In this document: positions 10,161 through 19,729 of the stretch, one piece after another | Layout of the letters: each line of letters begins with the position of its first letter | How positions within the stretch are numbered: the first letter of the stretch is position 1 | Source: a virus | DNA length: 64,000 nt | Reading direction: 5' to 3' (one strand) | Virus record (IMG/VR): IMGVR_UViG_3300036792_000107 | Location: 6,715-70,714 of that record | Position numbers and translations under genes: made by a program | Notes under the pieces: generated by a model | Databases searched by the model: none | Seen by the model: the letters and a program-made list of their open reading frames with translations, nothing else | Told to the model about the DNA's origin: nothing

Positions 10161-10457
10161 ATGGAAGACGGCCCCGCAAAGAAGAAATGCACCGACTGCC
10201 CGTTCCTGCGGATGGCAGCGCGGGCTGAGCGCATGATGGAGTGCGGCATCATCCCGACCAAGGAAGAGTGGGCCGGCAAGAACCGGGTAGCCGCCATCCA
10301 CGTCGGCGTAGAACGCGACGAGCGCGGATGCGCCGGCCCCGTAAGGGGCAAGTGCCGTTTCAGCGATGACGCCAACATGGCCGAGGTTTCGTTCGACCCC
10401 AACGTCCCCCTCCTGAAGAGGCGCGTGGACGACGGCCAGGACCACTTCTACCACTGA
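10161..10457 (+). CDS. hypothetical Cys-rich protein
   Basis: CTDCPF...C...C; leaderless start. Confidence 0.6.
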   Translation: MEDGPAKKKCTDCPFLRMAARAERMMECGIIPTKEEWAGKNRVAAIHVGVERDERGCAGPVRGKCRFSDDANMAEVSFDPNVPLLKRRVDDGQDHFYH

Positions 10458-10467
10458 GAGGATCATC

Positions 10468-10716
10468 ATGCGAGAGATCGGGCCGCTAAAACCGCACTAC
10501 GACCCCGGCGAGGTGTTCTACACAATACGGAAGGAAGACGTCGGCAAGCAGGTTATCGAAACGGAGATCGGGAAGATCGACGTTGGCACAACACTAGGGC
10601 GCGTCATCACGGCCGACATCGGCCGTCGTCTGTACCGGAAGAACCTCGGGGACTCCGGCTACACCTGGCAAGCCGAGAACAACGCCCAACGACGGAAGAG
10701 GGAAGGCAAGTCATGA
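10468..10716 (+). CDS. hypothetical protein
   Basis: GAGGA RBS. Confidence 0.6.
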   Translation: MREIGPLKPHYDPGEVFYTIRKEDVGKQVIETEIGKIDVGTTLGRVITADIGRRLYRKNLGDSGYTWQAENNAQRRKREGKS

Positions 10717-11165
10717 ACATCGGCCCCGTCAGCACCCAGAACACCGATGTCAGCACGGGGCGTACCCGCGAAGACATCCACACATCCCAGATCCCGCCGC
10801 GACTGGCAGAGGACGGAGACCATGTACGGGAGTACAGCCCGGTCCTGCACGATAAGCCAGTACGAGAGACCCCGGCAGTGGGCAGCGAAGGACGCCGGTT
10901 CGGCACCAACGTACTCCCCGAGCCGATCAGCGTCTCCGTGGAAAACGCCCGCTGGTACCTCGCCATGCTGTACGGCATGGACACGGCCGACTCGATGATA
11001 GGGCGCGCGGCGTCCGGCGGGGTGGTCAACGGCGAGAAGTTCACCGTCAAGGACAGCCAGGCGCGCACCAGCGGGAAGCTGTCCGTCACCACCGACAAGT
11101 CACGGCCGGGGATGTTCGTCCTGGTACCGCACTTGCTAAGGCAAAGTGGTGGGAAGCGGAAGTGA
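10713..11165 (+). CDS. hypothetical protein
   Basis: ATGA overlap. Confidence 0.55.
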   Translation: MNIGPVSTQNTDVSTGRTREDIHTSQIPPRLAEDGDHVREYSPVLHDKPVRETPAVGSEGRRFGTNVLPEPISVSVENARWYLAMLYGMDTADSMIGRAASGGVVNGEKFTVKDSQARTSGKLSVTTDKSRPGMFVLVPHLLRQSGGKRK

Positions 11166-11524
11166 GCTACAGCTTCGGCTTCGACAACGCGCTCCTGGCG
11201 GAAATCAGCAAGATAGTAACCGAAAGGAAGAAAAAGAAGATGAAAGAGATCACCCTGAACGGCGAGAAGTACGTCAACCTGGATCAGTACATCTCGGAAC
11301 TGACCACCGTCAACCTGGACGGTGAACTCTACTTCAAGGTAGAAGAACCGCCCGCGCCCGAGCCTGAGCTGCCGAACTACGGCGTCATCATCGACGGTGA
11401 CGGGGATTTCTGGAGCCGCGACCCGGACAACCGGGAGATGTGGCGGATGCTGCGCCCGACCGGCCGTGCGACCAAGACGCGCGAGCAGCTTTCCACCCAG
11501 TACCAGATCGTACGGGAACTGTGA
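11162..11524 (+). CDS. hypothetical protein
   Basis: internal repeat ITLNGEKY / VNLDGELY. Confidence 0.55.
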   Translation: MSYSFGFDNALLAEISKIVTERKKKKMKEITLNGEKYVNLDQYISELTTVNLDGELYFKVEEPPAPEPELPNYGVIIDGDGDFWSRDPDNREMWRMLRPTGRATKTREQLSTQYQIVREL

Positions 11525-11871
11525 ACATCGAGCGGATGACCGATGAGGTCAGCCTGAACCAGATGGCTCGCGCCGGGGACGAAACCGTCCCCGTGCGCGA
11601 GATCTTCCGCCGGGCGTCGAATGACGCGGTGCTGGTGGAGATCGCGCGCAAGGCCATCGAAGACGCCGCGATAGCAACCCGTCAGCGCGGCATCGGGCAC
11701 CCCAACGCCGCCAACGGCATCACCTGCCTGAACGCTGACGGCAGCCCGAGCTACGTCATCCGCGTCTGGACACCCGACGCCATCATCCTCGCGCTCAAGG
11801 CGATAGCCGGCGCGGACGACCTTCAGGTAGCGCAGATGCGCTCGTACATCAAAGCCCACTACGAAAGGTAG
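11521..11871 (+). CDS. hypothetical protein
   Basis: GTGA overlap. Confidence 0.55.
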   Translation: MNIERMTDEVSLNQMARAGDETVPVREIFRRASNDAVLVEIARKAIEDAAIATRQRGIGHPNAANGITCLNADGSPSYVIRVWTPDAIILALKAIAGADDLQVAQMRSYIKAHYER

Positions 11872-12227
11872 CTCATGCCCGACTTCAGCGACTTCAACGA
11901 CAGCCCCAACGATAACCGCAAGTGGGTAAGGAACCGGCTGGCCAGCAAGAACATGAAGATCGACTACCGGGACGTCCTCCAGCGGCTCCCGCAGTCCGTC
12001 ATCGACGTGATCTTCCTCGAAATGGCCCGGAGGTTCGATGGCTAGGAAGAAAGCTAAGCCCGTGCCGTCTCCCAGCGGCGACAGCTCGCCGCGCACTGTT
12101 TCTCTTCTCGCGCTCGAAGCGCTGGCCCGCTACACCGAAAGCGACCTGGCCGGCCCGAAGGAACGCATGCACAAAGACCTGGCCGTGAGGCTGGCTCAAG
12201 TGGCCAGCAAGAACGAATGGTAGGCAG

Positions 12228-12632
12228 ATGCCCGAAGACACCGGAAAGAGCTACGAAAGCCCGTTCAAGATCCCTAAGTGCAACTGGAAGAAAACCGGCA
12301 ACGGCAACGACCCTGCCCGCTGGCCTAACCTGCACGAATCCAACGACAAGTGCCCGCTTCACAGCCGGGCCAGCAGCAACTGGACTGACTGGTACATCTA
12401 CCGGGAGAAGTTCGCTACCGACAAAATCGAATCCAACCGGGAATACTACCTGGACAAGATGCTCGGCTTCGTCACCCTGGAGAACCCGCCGGACGCCCCG
12501 AGCCTCGTGAAGCGCAAGCCGGCGATCGTCAAGAAGCAACTGAGCTGGGAAGCCGCTTTCTGCCTCGCTGCCCTCACCGCAGTCGGCGTTACCTTTCTCG
12601 TCGTCATGATCGCATTCTTCGCAATCGGATAG
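12228..12632 (+). CDS. membrane-anchored hypothetical protein
   Basis: C-terminal transmembrane segment. Confidence 0.6.
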   Translation: MPEDTGKSYESPFKIPKCNWKKTGNGNDPARWPNLHESNDKCPLHSRASSNWTDWYIYREKFATDKIESNREYYLDKMLGFVTLENPPDAPSLVKRKPAIVKKQLSWEAAFCLAALTAVGVTFLVVMIAFFAIG

Positions 12633-12652
12633 TCCCGCGTACGGGAGGTCAC

Positions 12653-13105
12653 ATGGGAACGCACGCAGCAAAGAAAACCTTGCCTCTGCCGAAATTCCGA
12701 CGGCGACCGCGACGGGAGAAGCACCGTTCGTGGAAGCGTTGGGCCGCGTGGATCGCGATCACCATCGTCGCGCTGTTCACGGCTATGTGCGTTCTCGGCG
12801 CTCTCGTTCCTGCGAAGACGCCAGCACACGCTGCGACCGCACCAGGACCGCCCGGCATCATGACCGTTCTTCACGGCCACGTCGAAGCCGTCGTCCAGAG
12901 CACCACCGAAGGGCGCAACGTAACACTGGTGAACACCGGCACGCAGCCCGCGTCGGCTGTCTTCACCTGGACCCAGCTCTGCGTCGAAGGGCCGACCGTG
13001 ACCGCGTACAACCTCCAGACGCAGACCTACAGTACGCCGATCGGCGGCATCAAGACCACGATCCCGGCAGGGCAGGCGCGAGTCTACGTCCTGGTGAAGG
13101 AATGA
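12653..13105 (+). CDS. membrane-anchored/secreted protein
   Basis: basic N-terminus, TM helix, beta-rich C-terminus; GGAGG RBS. Confidence 0.65.
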   Translation: MGTHAAKKTLPLPKFRRRPRREKHRSWKRWAAWIAITIVALFTAMCVLGALVPAKTPAHAATAPGPPGIMTVLHGHVEAVVQSTTEGRNVTLVNTGTQPASAVFTWTQLCVEGPTVTAYNLQTQTYSTPIGGIKTTIPAGQARVYVLVKE

Positions 13106-13124
13106 ACGCGCTTGCGCGCGTGTT
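13099..13124 (+). promoter_or_regulatory. SigR/SigH-type ECF promoter
   Basis: GGAAT-N18-GTT; a hairpin begins at +12 (13134). Confidence 0.7.
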
Positions 13125-13327
13125 CTCAAAGGCACCGGGCCGTCCGTGATACGTCATCAATCGGGTGAGTATGAATCTCCACGGCCGGCCCGGTAACTCA
13201 CGAGAGGGGTAACCATGATCATCCCGTGGCTCATCGTCTGGGCCATCCAGGGCACACCGCACGTCGAGTGGTTCGGCCCGCACTGGAACGACTGGGGAGT
13301 TACGTGCCTGCTGGCGCTGATCGCCGG

Positions 13328-13810
13328 ATGAGCGTAACCGTGGACGGCCGGAACATAGACGGCCAGAACGTATGGGAAGACTGGCGCGGCAACGCGTACA
13401 TGGTGGGCTCGCTGGTCCTGTACCCGCGCCTGGACGGCAGGTCGTGCGAGATAGCGGAAGGCCGCGTTCTCGATCTGTACGAGGTCTACCGTGACGAAGA
13501 CTACAAGTGGCATAAGCTCGCGGCCGGCGAAGAGGCTCCGCTGCACGAGGTGATGCGGTGGATGTGCATCGAGACCCGCGAAGTGCAGCAGCTCCACGAC
13601 GAGCTGCACAGCGAGCGCACGTGGGTTACTGAGCCCCGGGAAACCGAGCGCCGCGCCAAGATCATGCCGACAGGGCGCACGTCGCGGTTCGCGCGCTGGG
13701 ACAAGAAGTGGCAGTGGAACGAGGAAACCCAGCAGGGGGGCTTCGTAGACGCCGAACCCCGGCCCGTCACGCTCATTATCACCAAGTCGATCACGGTGCC
13801 GTCGCCGTGA
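13328..13810 (+). CDS. hypothetical protein
   Basis: likely start at MSVTVDG within the track ORF. Confidence 0.55.
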   Translation: MSVTVDGRNIDGQNVWEDWRGNAYMVGSLVLYPRLDGRSCEIAEGRVLDLYEVYRDEDYKWHKLAAGEEAPLHEVMRWMCIETREVQQLHDELHSERTWVTEPRETERRAKIMPTGRTSRFARWDKKWQWNEETQQGGFVDAEPRPVTLIITKSITVPSP

Positions 13811-14376
13811 ACATCTTCAAGCGAAGGGAAAAGAACCCGGTGGCTATCAGGACGTTCTGGGGAGATGACGACCCCGATCCCGTGGAAATCCCGGCAAAAG
13901 ACCTTTGCTTCGGCCGTACCGAGCCGCTGGAAGGCATCCTCACGAGCTACGGGACCGGAGACCCGGTCACGCCGACGATCGTGGCCGCGCCCTACCTGAA
14001 TACGTTCAGCGCCTTCTGCGACTCCTCCTCGATCCGGCGAGACAGCCGCAACGTTCACTTCCTGCCGTGCCCCCACCCCGGGCTGGCCAGCCCGACTTTC
14101 TACACATCAAGCAGTGCGCCTAGCTTCAGCCTGGTGGGAAGGTCACTCGGCACGGGCCTCGTGGAAAGGACACTCGGCACGGGCCGCTGGGAGCACGTAG
14201 CATTCGTCGGCGTCCACCCGGACCAGCACAGCACCCTCTACTGCAGCGCCGACGACGCCTGGTACATCCTGGAGACCCTGCGCGCCCGGGGACACATCAA
14301 ACGCGCGTTCCACTACCCGAACCCGCTGGACGTCAAGCCGAACTACCAGTACCCGGAGATTGGACCCATCCTGTGA
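13807..14376 (+). CDS. hypothetical protein
   Basis: GTGA overlaps on both sides. Confidence 0.5.
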   Translation: MNIFKRREKNPVAIRTFWGDDDPDPVEIPAKDLCFGRTEPLEGILTSYGTGDPVTPTIVAAPYLNTFSAFCDSSSIRRDSRNVHFLPCPHPGLASPTFYTSSSAPSFSLVGRSLGTGLVERTLGTGRWEHVAFVGVHPDQHSTLYCSADDAWYILETLRARGHIKRAFHYPNPLDVKPNYQYPEIGPIL

Positions 14377-15011
14377 AAACCGCACTTATGTTCGCAACCG
14401 GAACCGCGCTGGCCGGCCTCGCGGCGTGCAGCTCAGTCAGCAGCACGGCATCGACGGCCCCGCACTTCACCCCCAGCAGCGTTGCCTCCCCGCCCGTACC
14501 CGCCCGCACCGTCCCCGTTCACGTCACGCTGCCATCGGCGACAGCGCCGGCCACCGTCCCCGGCAACACCCCGCTCAAGGTGGCTTCCACGCCGTCTCCG
14601 GACGCCTGCTCCAGCCTCGGCATCGAGATCGTCAACCTCGGCGGCGCGGCTGGGTCTTCCTACCAGCAGCTCCAGTTCACCAACGACAGCAGCACCCCGT
14701 GCACCCTCGGCGGCTACCCCGGCGTGTCGCTGACTACGAGCCAGGACACCGGATCTCAGATCGGCAGCGCCGCGTCGAAGAACTCCGTCACGCAGCCCAC
14801 GGTGGTAACCCTCGCGCCCGGCAAGGAGGCGACTTCGCAGCTGCGGATCACCGACGCGGGCAACTACCCGCAGACGCAGGGGCACACAGAGCAGTCAGCG
14901 TGGCTCCAGGTGTACGCGCCCGGCTCAAAGACCCCCGTCTACCTGCCCGACACCGTAACCGGGACGACCGTCACGTCGGTGAATCTCCTGGCCGTGTCAC
15001 CCGTCGTGTAG
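14373..15011 (+). CDS. DUF4232-like lipoprotein
   Basis: lipobox LAAC, S/T/P linker, GAAGSSY..LQFTN....CTLGGYPGV. Confidence 0.8.
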   Translation: MKTALMFATGTALAGLAACSSVSSTASTAPHFTPSSVASPPVPARTVPVHVTLPSATAPATVPGNTPLKVASTPSPDACSSLGIEIVNLGGAAGSSYQQLQFTNDSSTPCTLGGYPGVSLTTSQDTGSQIGSAASKNSVTQPTVVTLAPGKEATSQLRITDAGNYPQTQGHTEQSAWLQVYAPGSKTPVYLPDTVTGTTVTSVNLLAVSPVV

Positions 15012-15137
15012 ACTCTCCGTAGCTTTACTCCGTGCGGACGGCTCTGCCAAACCTTTCGGGCGGGGCAACATGCGGCCTGCTTCGGGTGGGGTTTTTTGGA
15101 CGTTTGTACTCCACGGAAGGCCGCAATCCGTCGCACG

Positions 15138-15177
15138 CAGAAGAAGCCCTCTCGATCCGTCGAGAGGGCTTCTTCTG
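15138..15177. terminator. bidirectional terminator hairpin
   Basis: perfect 18-bp stem CAGAAGAAGCCCTCTCGA-TCCG-TCGAGAGGGCTTCTTCTG between convergent blocks. Confidence 0.85.
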
Positions 15178-15183
15178 TTCCCG

Positions 15184-16074
15184 CTAGCTCGCCGGCGTCA
15201 CCTGGACGATCGAGAGGTTCAGGCTGTCGAGCGTGTACGTGCCCGAGCCGGTGTCGCTGTCGTAGCCGAAGGCGTAGACCTTGATCGTTCCGGCCGCTGC
15301 AAGGGTGACGAGCTGCGCGCCGCTGTAGTAGCTGTCGATTGTGTCGTGCGCGCCGGACTCCAGCGGGCCAGCGCCGACGTTGAACAGGTCGTTGGAGAAG
15401 TCCACGAGCGGAGTGCCGTTATAGACGAAGAACTGCGGGAACACGTCAACCGCGCCCGTGCCGCCGGACGGCGGCGTCGCCTTGGCGCTGACGCTGATCA
15501 GGTAGGTTCCGGCCGCGAGGGAAACGTCCGAGCCGACCTGCTTCGCGTTCGTGGCGAAGGGACCTCCCGTCGTAACGGTCGTCGCAGTACCGCCGGTAAG
15601 GTCGCTGGAATGAACGCTGACAACTCCGGAGGGACCGGCAGGTCCAATAGCCCCGGCCGCGCCTACTGCTCCTGCGGCTCCCTGTAGGCCCCCTGCGGCG
15701 CTTGCGTAGAACGTGACAGGCTGCGACCATCCGGTGGGAACGCCGTTGACCGTGAACGCCACCTTGAGGTCCAGCGCCTGCCCGGCTACGTCAGCGGGAA
15801 GCGGCACGGTCGTGCCGGTCGATTCGCTCGCCGTTCGCGGCGTGTGGATGACGAGGGCCTGCGTGCTGGCGTTGTAGACGAGGACTTCAGCGAGGACCGC
15901 GTTCCCGACACCTCGCCATCCGACATCGACGCTCCCGGCGGAAGTGGAGACTACGTGGATGTCGTGGGTCTGGGCGGTGTCGTCGGCGTGCGCGATGCCG
16001 GAGACTCCGAACGTGAGCGCGCCCGCTGCCAGGACGGCGGAGGCTACCGCTGCCTTCTTCTTGGTAAGGAACAT
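15184..16074 (-). CDS. secreted protein (beta-sandwich domain, short collagen-like linker)
   Basis: signal peptide ending AHA, GxxGxx linker; TAGCCT-6nt-ATG leaderless promoter. Confidence 0.7.
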   Translation of the reverse strand: MFLTKKKAAVASAVLAAGALTFGVSGIAHADDTAQTHDIHVVSTSAGSVDVGWRGVGNAVLAEVLVYNASTQALVIHTPRTASESTGTTVPLPADVAGQALDLKVAFTVNGVPTGWSQPVTFYASAAGGLQGAAGAVGAAGAIGPAGPSGVVSVHSSDLTGGTATTVTTGGPFATNAKQVGSDVSLAAGTYLISVSAKATPPSGGTGAVDVFPQFFVYNGTPLVDFSNDLFNVGAGPLESGAHDTIDSYYSGAQLVTLAAAGTIKVYAFGYDSDTGSGTYTLDSLNLSIVQVTPAS

Positions 16075-16094
16075 GCACCCAGGCTACAGGACGG

Positions 16095-16322
16095 CTACTT
16101 ATCGCTCGGGCCGAGCTGCACAGTCACGGTGTTCTTGCTACCGCAGGTGCAGTCTAGTTCCCTGAGGTACGCTGCAAGGCACTCCTGTGAACAGAACTCG
16201 TACCGTAGTTCGTTGAGGCAGTCGCACTCGTCGCGGGTCAGGCGCAGAACGTCCTCGCCGTAGGACGTCACCTTCCCGCAGGTATCACAGCCGTAGTAGA
16301 CGCACTTGCCGTTGCCGCACAC
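16095..16322 (-). CDS. small Cys-rich (TRASH-like) protein
   Basis: CDTCG...YEFCSQECL. Confidence 0.5.
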   Translation of the reverse strand: MCGNGKCVYYGCDTCGKVTSYGEDVLRLTRDECDCLNELRYEFCSQECLAAYLRELDCTCGSKNTVTVQLGPSDK

Positions 16323-16323
16323 G

Positions 16324-16695
16324 CTAAACGGCCTTCTTGACGTCCCCGGCGATGTCGCTCACCTGCGTGACAGCCCCGTCAACGGCCTTGAACGCCTGCG
16401 TGACGTCCGAACGGGCATCGACCGCGTTCCCCTGCCGTACGGCAGCCGCTGCAGCCTCTGCGTCGCTCACGACGACCTGGCCGTCCACGAGCAGCGCCTT
16501 GATGTTGCTGTTCGGCACCGTGAAGACGCCGAGCGCCGTTACCGCCGTGACGATGATGCTCACCCAGCCGGGCGGCGTTGCCAGTGCGAACAGCAGGATC
16601 GTGGCGACTACGCCCGCGACCGCGACTACGCCCTTGGCGTACGGGAGGTACTTTTCGAGCGGCGCGGGAACTGCGAACGGGCCGATGTTAGCCAT
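16324..16695 (-). CDS. holin-like membrane protein
   Basis: two TM helices, YAK..VA...LGVF.VPN pattern; co-oriented downstream of the endolysin. Confidence 0.65.
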   Translation of the reverse strand: MANIGPFAVPAPLEKYLPYAKGVVAVAGVVATILLFALATPPGWVSIIVTAVTALGVFTVPNSNIKALLVDGQVVVSDAEAAAAAVRQGNAVDARSDVTQAFKAVDGAVTQVSDIAGDVKKAV

Positions 16696-16810
16696 TTTGC
16701 ACTCCGGTAGGGTCGGTAACGCCAGTAATAGATGTAATACCAGAGTAGCCCCTTCAGGCTCTCAATTTCGAGGGTCACCGTGGCGAGCAGCGCCATCAGG
16801 AAATCGATCA

Positions 16811-17431
16811 TCACGCCCCATCCTTACGATGGGTACGAATCCGGTGACAGTTAGCACATACCACGTCACACTTTAGCACTTCAGCCATAATCTTGTCCCA
16901 CGACCAGCCGAGCATAACGGCGACACCCTTTAGCTTCTCCTCACCGGGCCGGTGATCGAAATCTAGAGCGAATCCGTGCTCGGCATAACCGCAGTCGGCA
17001 CACCCTTTATCAATTTTGTACTTTGCAAGAAGCTGCCTTCGGTACCAACGACATTCATCGTTGCACCCCTTACAAAAACTGCGAGAAGAACTTCCTCGCA
17101 GTGGAGTGTTACACCCTTTACAGCAACCCGGTGTTTCATACCATGAACTCCGTATAGCTGGACGCCGGGAAAAGGTTCTCACGCGATGGCAGTTAGCGCA
17201 TACTACGTCACACTTTGCTATCTCCGCTTGCAAAACTTCAGCTCGTGCGAGCATCAACCAGGAGACCTGCTGCTTCTTAACTTCTCCCGGTCGATGATCA
17301 AAATCTAGCGCAGCAGCGTGTACAGCGAAGCCGCAGTCCGAACAGCCCTGCTTCAACTTGAGATCAGCTATTGAAGCCCTGTTATCTGCTGACTTCTTGC
17401 GTATGTACTCAGCCCTCTTTGTCATAACCAC
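16811..17431 (-). CDS. HNH endonuclease with two tandem HNH domains
   Basis: GC.DCG....ALDFDHRPGE.K...KCDVVCANCHR.RT occurs twice. Confidence 0.85.
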   Translation of the reverse strand: MVMTKRAEYIRKKSADNRASIADLKLKQGCSDCGFAVHAAALDFDHRPGEVKKQQVSWLMLARAEVLQAEIAKCDVVCANCHRVRTFSRRPAIRSSWYETPGCCKGCNTPLRGSSSRSFCKGCNDECRWYRRQLLAKYKIDKGCADCGYAEHGFALDFDHRPGEEKLKGVAVMLGWSWDKIMAEVLKCDVVCANCHRIRTHRKDGA

Positions 17432-17886
17432 TCGCGGCCCTCCGGTTCAGGCGCGGTGAAGCCCTCCTTTGCCATGCGGCGCTGAATCTTCGCCTTGCCC
17501 GCTTCAGGTGAGAGGTTCCCACGGATGTTGTTGCAGTTGAGCCCGCAGGTGAGGCACCTGTTCTTCTGCGTGTTCGCGGTGCCGTGCGCCGGCCGCAGGT
17601 TCGTGATCGAGTCGTCGCCGCCTTCGGCGTACTGGAGCACGTGGTCGGCCTGGAGAGCGCCGGGATGGCCGCAGAGCCAGCAGATGCCGTCGTAGTGGTC
17701 GATCACCGTGGCGACGATCCGCTTCCAGGCTTTGCCGCTGGGGTGCCTCTGCTCGCCCGCGTACCCCGACATGCGCTCGCCGGGTGTCTGCGGTGACGGC
17801 TTTGCCTCAAGATTAGATATGCCGGGTGCAGGCGTGGATTTAGACACGGGCTTCTTGCTCGATGCCGTTTTGTAGTTAGAGGGCAC
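17422..17886 (-). CDS. HNH endonuclease
   Basis: CWLCG...ADHV...GG....NLRPAH...CN..RG. Confidence 0.85.
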   Translation of the reverse strand: MPSNYKTASSKKPVSKSTPAPGISNLEAKPSPQTPGERMSGYAGEQRHPSGKAWKRIVATVIDHYDGICWLCGHPGALQADHVLQYAEGGDDSITNLRPAHGTANTQKNRCLTCGLNCNNIRGNLSPEAGKAKIQRRMAKEGFTAPEPEGREWL

Positions 17887-18096
17887 TTAGCTGACGCTTT
17901 CCCAGCGCGGGATGAAACCCTCTTCAGGGCCGGTGAAAAACCCGTCAACGTTAACAAGGCCGTAGCCCACCGGAACCGGAATCCTGAAGCGCTGGCCGGC
18001 CCTGTCGGTTTCGAGGCGCAGCGTGTAGAAGCTCTCAGCGTCGTCGCGCCACACGCCCAGTTCCTTGAGCTTTTCCACGACTTCGTCCGTGGTCAT
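17887..18096 (-). CDS. hypothetical protein
   Basis: TGATG coupling to the endolysin. Confidence 0.55.
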   Translation of the reverse strand: MTTDEVVEKLKELGVWRDDAESFYTLRLETDRAGQRFRIPVPVGYGLVNVDGFFTGPEEGFIPRWESVS

Positions 18097-19127
18097 CAGC
18101 TCACCGCGATCTTGGCCAGGGCCTTGGCCGTGGAAGGCCCGTATACCCCGTCGGGGGTAAGGCCCGAGTGGACCTGGAAGTTCTTGACCGCCGTCTCGGT
18201 CTGCGCGCCGAAGTCACCGTCTGCCTGGATGCCGCGAACGCCCCGCAGGCCGCTGTTGCGCAGGTAGTACTGCATGGCCGCGACCTGCTTGCCCGTGGTG
18301 CCGAACTTGAGCACCGGGTTGCCGCTGGGAACGACCGGAGGGGGCGGCGTCGGCTTGACTACGGTCACAGGGGGCTTCTTCTGGAGAGCGGCAGCGGTGG
18401 CCGGCCCGACGATTCCGTCAGCGGCGATCTTCTCGTGCGCCTGGAACTTCATCACCGCCGCGTACGTCTTGCCGCCGAAGTCGCCGTCCACGATCAGCTT
18501 GCCGATGCCGAGCACCGCAGCCCAGTAGTTGATCTCGATCTGCACCGTCTTGACGGCGTCCCCGGTCGAACCGAGCGTCAGCGTCGCAGGAGTCGGTGCG
18601 GGCGCGGGAGCGGCGTTGGAGACCACGTAGCCCCGGAACACGTCGTAGTCGTTGACGCCGGAGGCGTACTGGGTGGCGTCGGCCGTGGAGTTGCCGTAGC
18701 CGCAGCCCGAAGGGGAGCACAGGTGCTGGCCGATGTAGTGCGCGGTCCACAGGTAGTAGCTCAGGCGGGAGATCCCGTTGGCCTTCAGGAACAGCTCCAG
18801 GTCCTTCGCCCAGCTCGCCATCACGTAGACGAGCGGCTTGGACGCCCCGAACTTGCCCTGCTTCAGCCACGCCAGGCAGTCGGCGTAGGACCCGGACTGG
18901 GTTGCCGACAGGGTTCCCGGTTCGACATCGACGGCGACAGAGCCCGCAGACGCGGCGAGCCTCGTGGCCACGGAGATCAGGTAAGCGTGCGGGAAGCGGT
19001 CCTTGAGCGCGGTCATGTTGGCGAACGGCCCGTTGTAGTAGCCCGCGTAGACGCTGAACCCCGCGTCAAGGGCACTCACGGTAACGTTGTCCTGGCCCCA
19101 GACGCAGTCAGCGGGAACTGATGCCAT
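18096..19127 (-). CDS. endolysin (GH25-like catalytic domain plus two peptidoglycan-binding domains)
   Basis: DVEPG...PLVY...LWTAHY...ATQY; two DG.FG..T..AV..FQ.....DG..GP.T repeats. Confidence 0.85.
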   Translation of the reverse strand: MASVPADCVWGQDNVTVSALDAGFSVYAGYYNGPFANMTALKDRFPHAYLISVATRLAASAGSVAVDVEPGTLSATQSGSYADCLAWLKQGKFGASKPLVYVMASWAKDLELFLKANGISRLSYYLWTAHYIGQHLCSPSGCGYGNSTADATQYASGVNDYDVFRGYVVSNAAPAPAPTPATLTLGSTGDAVKTVQIEINYWAAVLGIGKLIVDGDFGGKTYAAVMKFQAHEKIAADGIVGPATAAALQKKPPVTVVKPTPPPPVVPSGNPVLKFGTTGKQVAAMQYYLRNSGLRGVRGIQADGDFGAQTETAVKNFQVHSGLTPDGVYGPSTAKALAKIAVS

Positions 19128-19259
19128 GACGGCCCCCTTTCGTCGGTTTTCGCCCGGTTCCCAACGTACCATGACGGGGCAAAACGGGCACTCTCAGCCG
19201 CTGTTTACACTTGTTTACAAGGCCGATTCCCGGTTCACCTGAAATTTTTCTCTCAATCG

Positions 19260-19285
19260 GGACTACGAGCGGTAACAGTCGTGTT
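19260..19285 (+). promoter_or_regulatory. SigR/SigH-type promoter (variant -35)
   Basis: GGACT-N18-GTTACACC. Confidence 0.6.
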
Positions 19286-19341
19286 ACACCTAGCAACGGC
19301 AGCTGCTCCCCTAGCAGTAGTCACACGGAGGTGAAACGCAG

Positions 19342-19596
19342 ATGGCAAGAGTGCCTAGCGGACAAATCCCGGAACCCCGAGACGACGACAACGACGACGA
19401 CGGCTCGATGCCGCGCAAGCGGAACCAGCTGGACCCCGTCCCGAACGTCACCGTACTCGGGTACATGGACGGCAACATCGCCCTGCGCCTCGGATGGCGC
19501 ACCGGGATGCGAGTCGTCTCCAACTCCCGTTTCAAGTTCATGCGGGAGGAACTGGAGATGAACATCATAGACGACCCGGACGAATACCTCTTCTAA
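19342..19596 (+). CDS. hypothetical protein
   Basis: GGAGGTG RBS. Confidence 0.6.
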   Translation: MARVPSGQIPEPRDDDNDDDGSMPRKRNQLDPVPNVTVLGYMDGNIALRLGWRTGMRVVSNSRFKFMREELEMNIIDDPDEYLF

Positions 19597-19690
19597 CCCC
19601 AGACCCCTTCAGGAGGCCATCCCACCATGGCTGAACGACAGGTACAACCAAATAGACCGCGTCGGCGCAAGAAGCGCAGGAGGCGAATCT

Positions 19691-19719
19691 GCCCCGTCAG
19701 GCCCCGCGCCTGGCGGGGC
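19691..19719. terminator. hairpin between convergent genes
   Basis: GCCCCGTCAGGC-5nt-GCCTGGCGGGGC. Confidence 0.6.
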
Positions 19720-19729
19720 TCGCCTTTGC

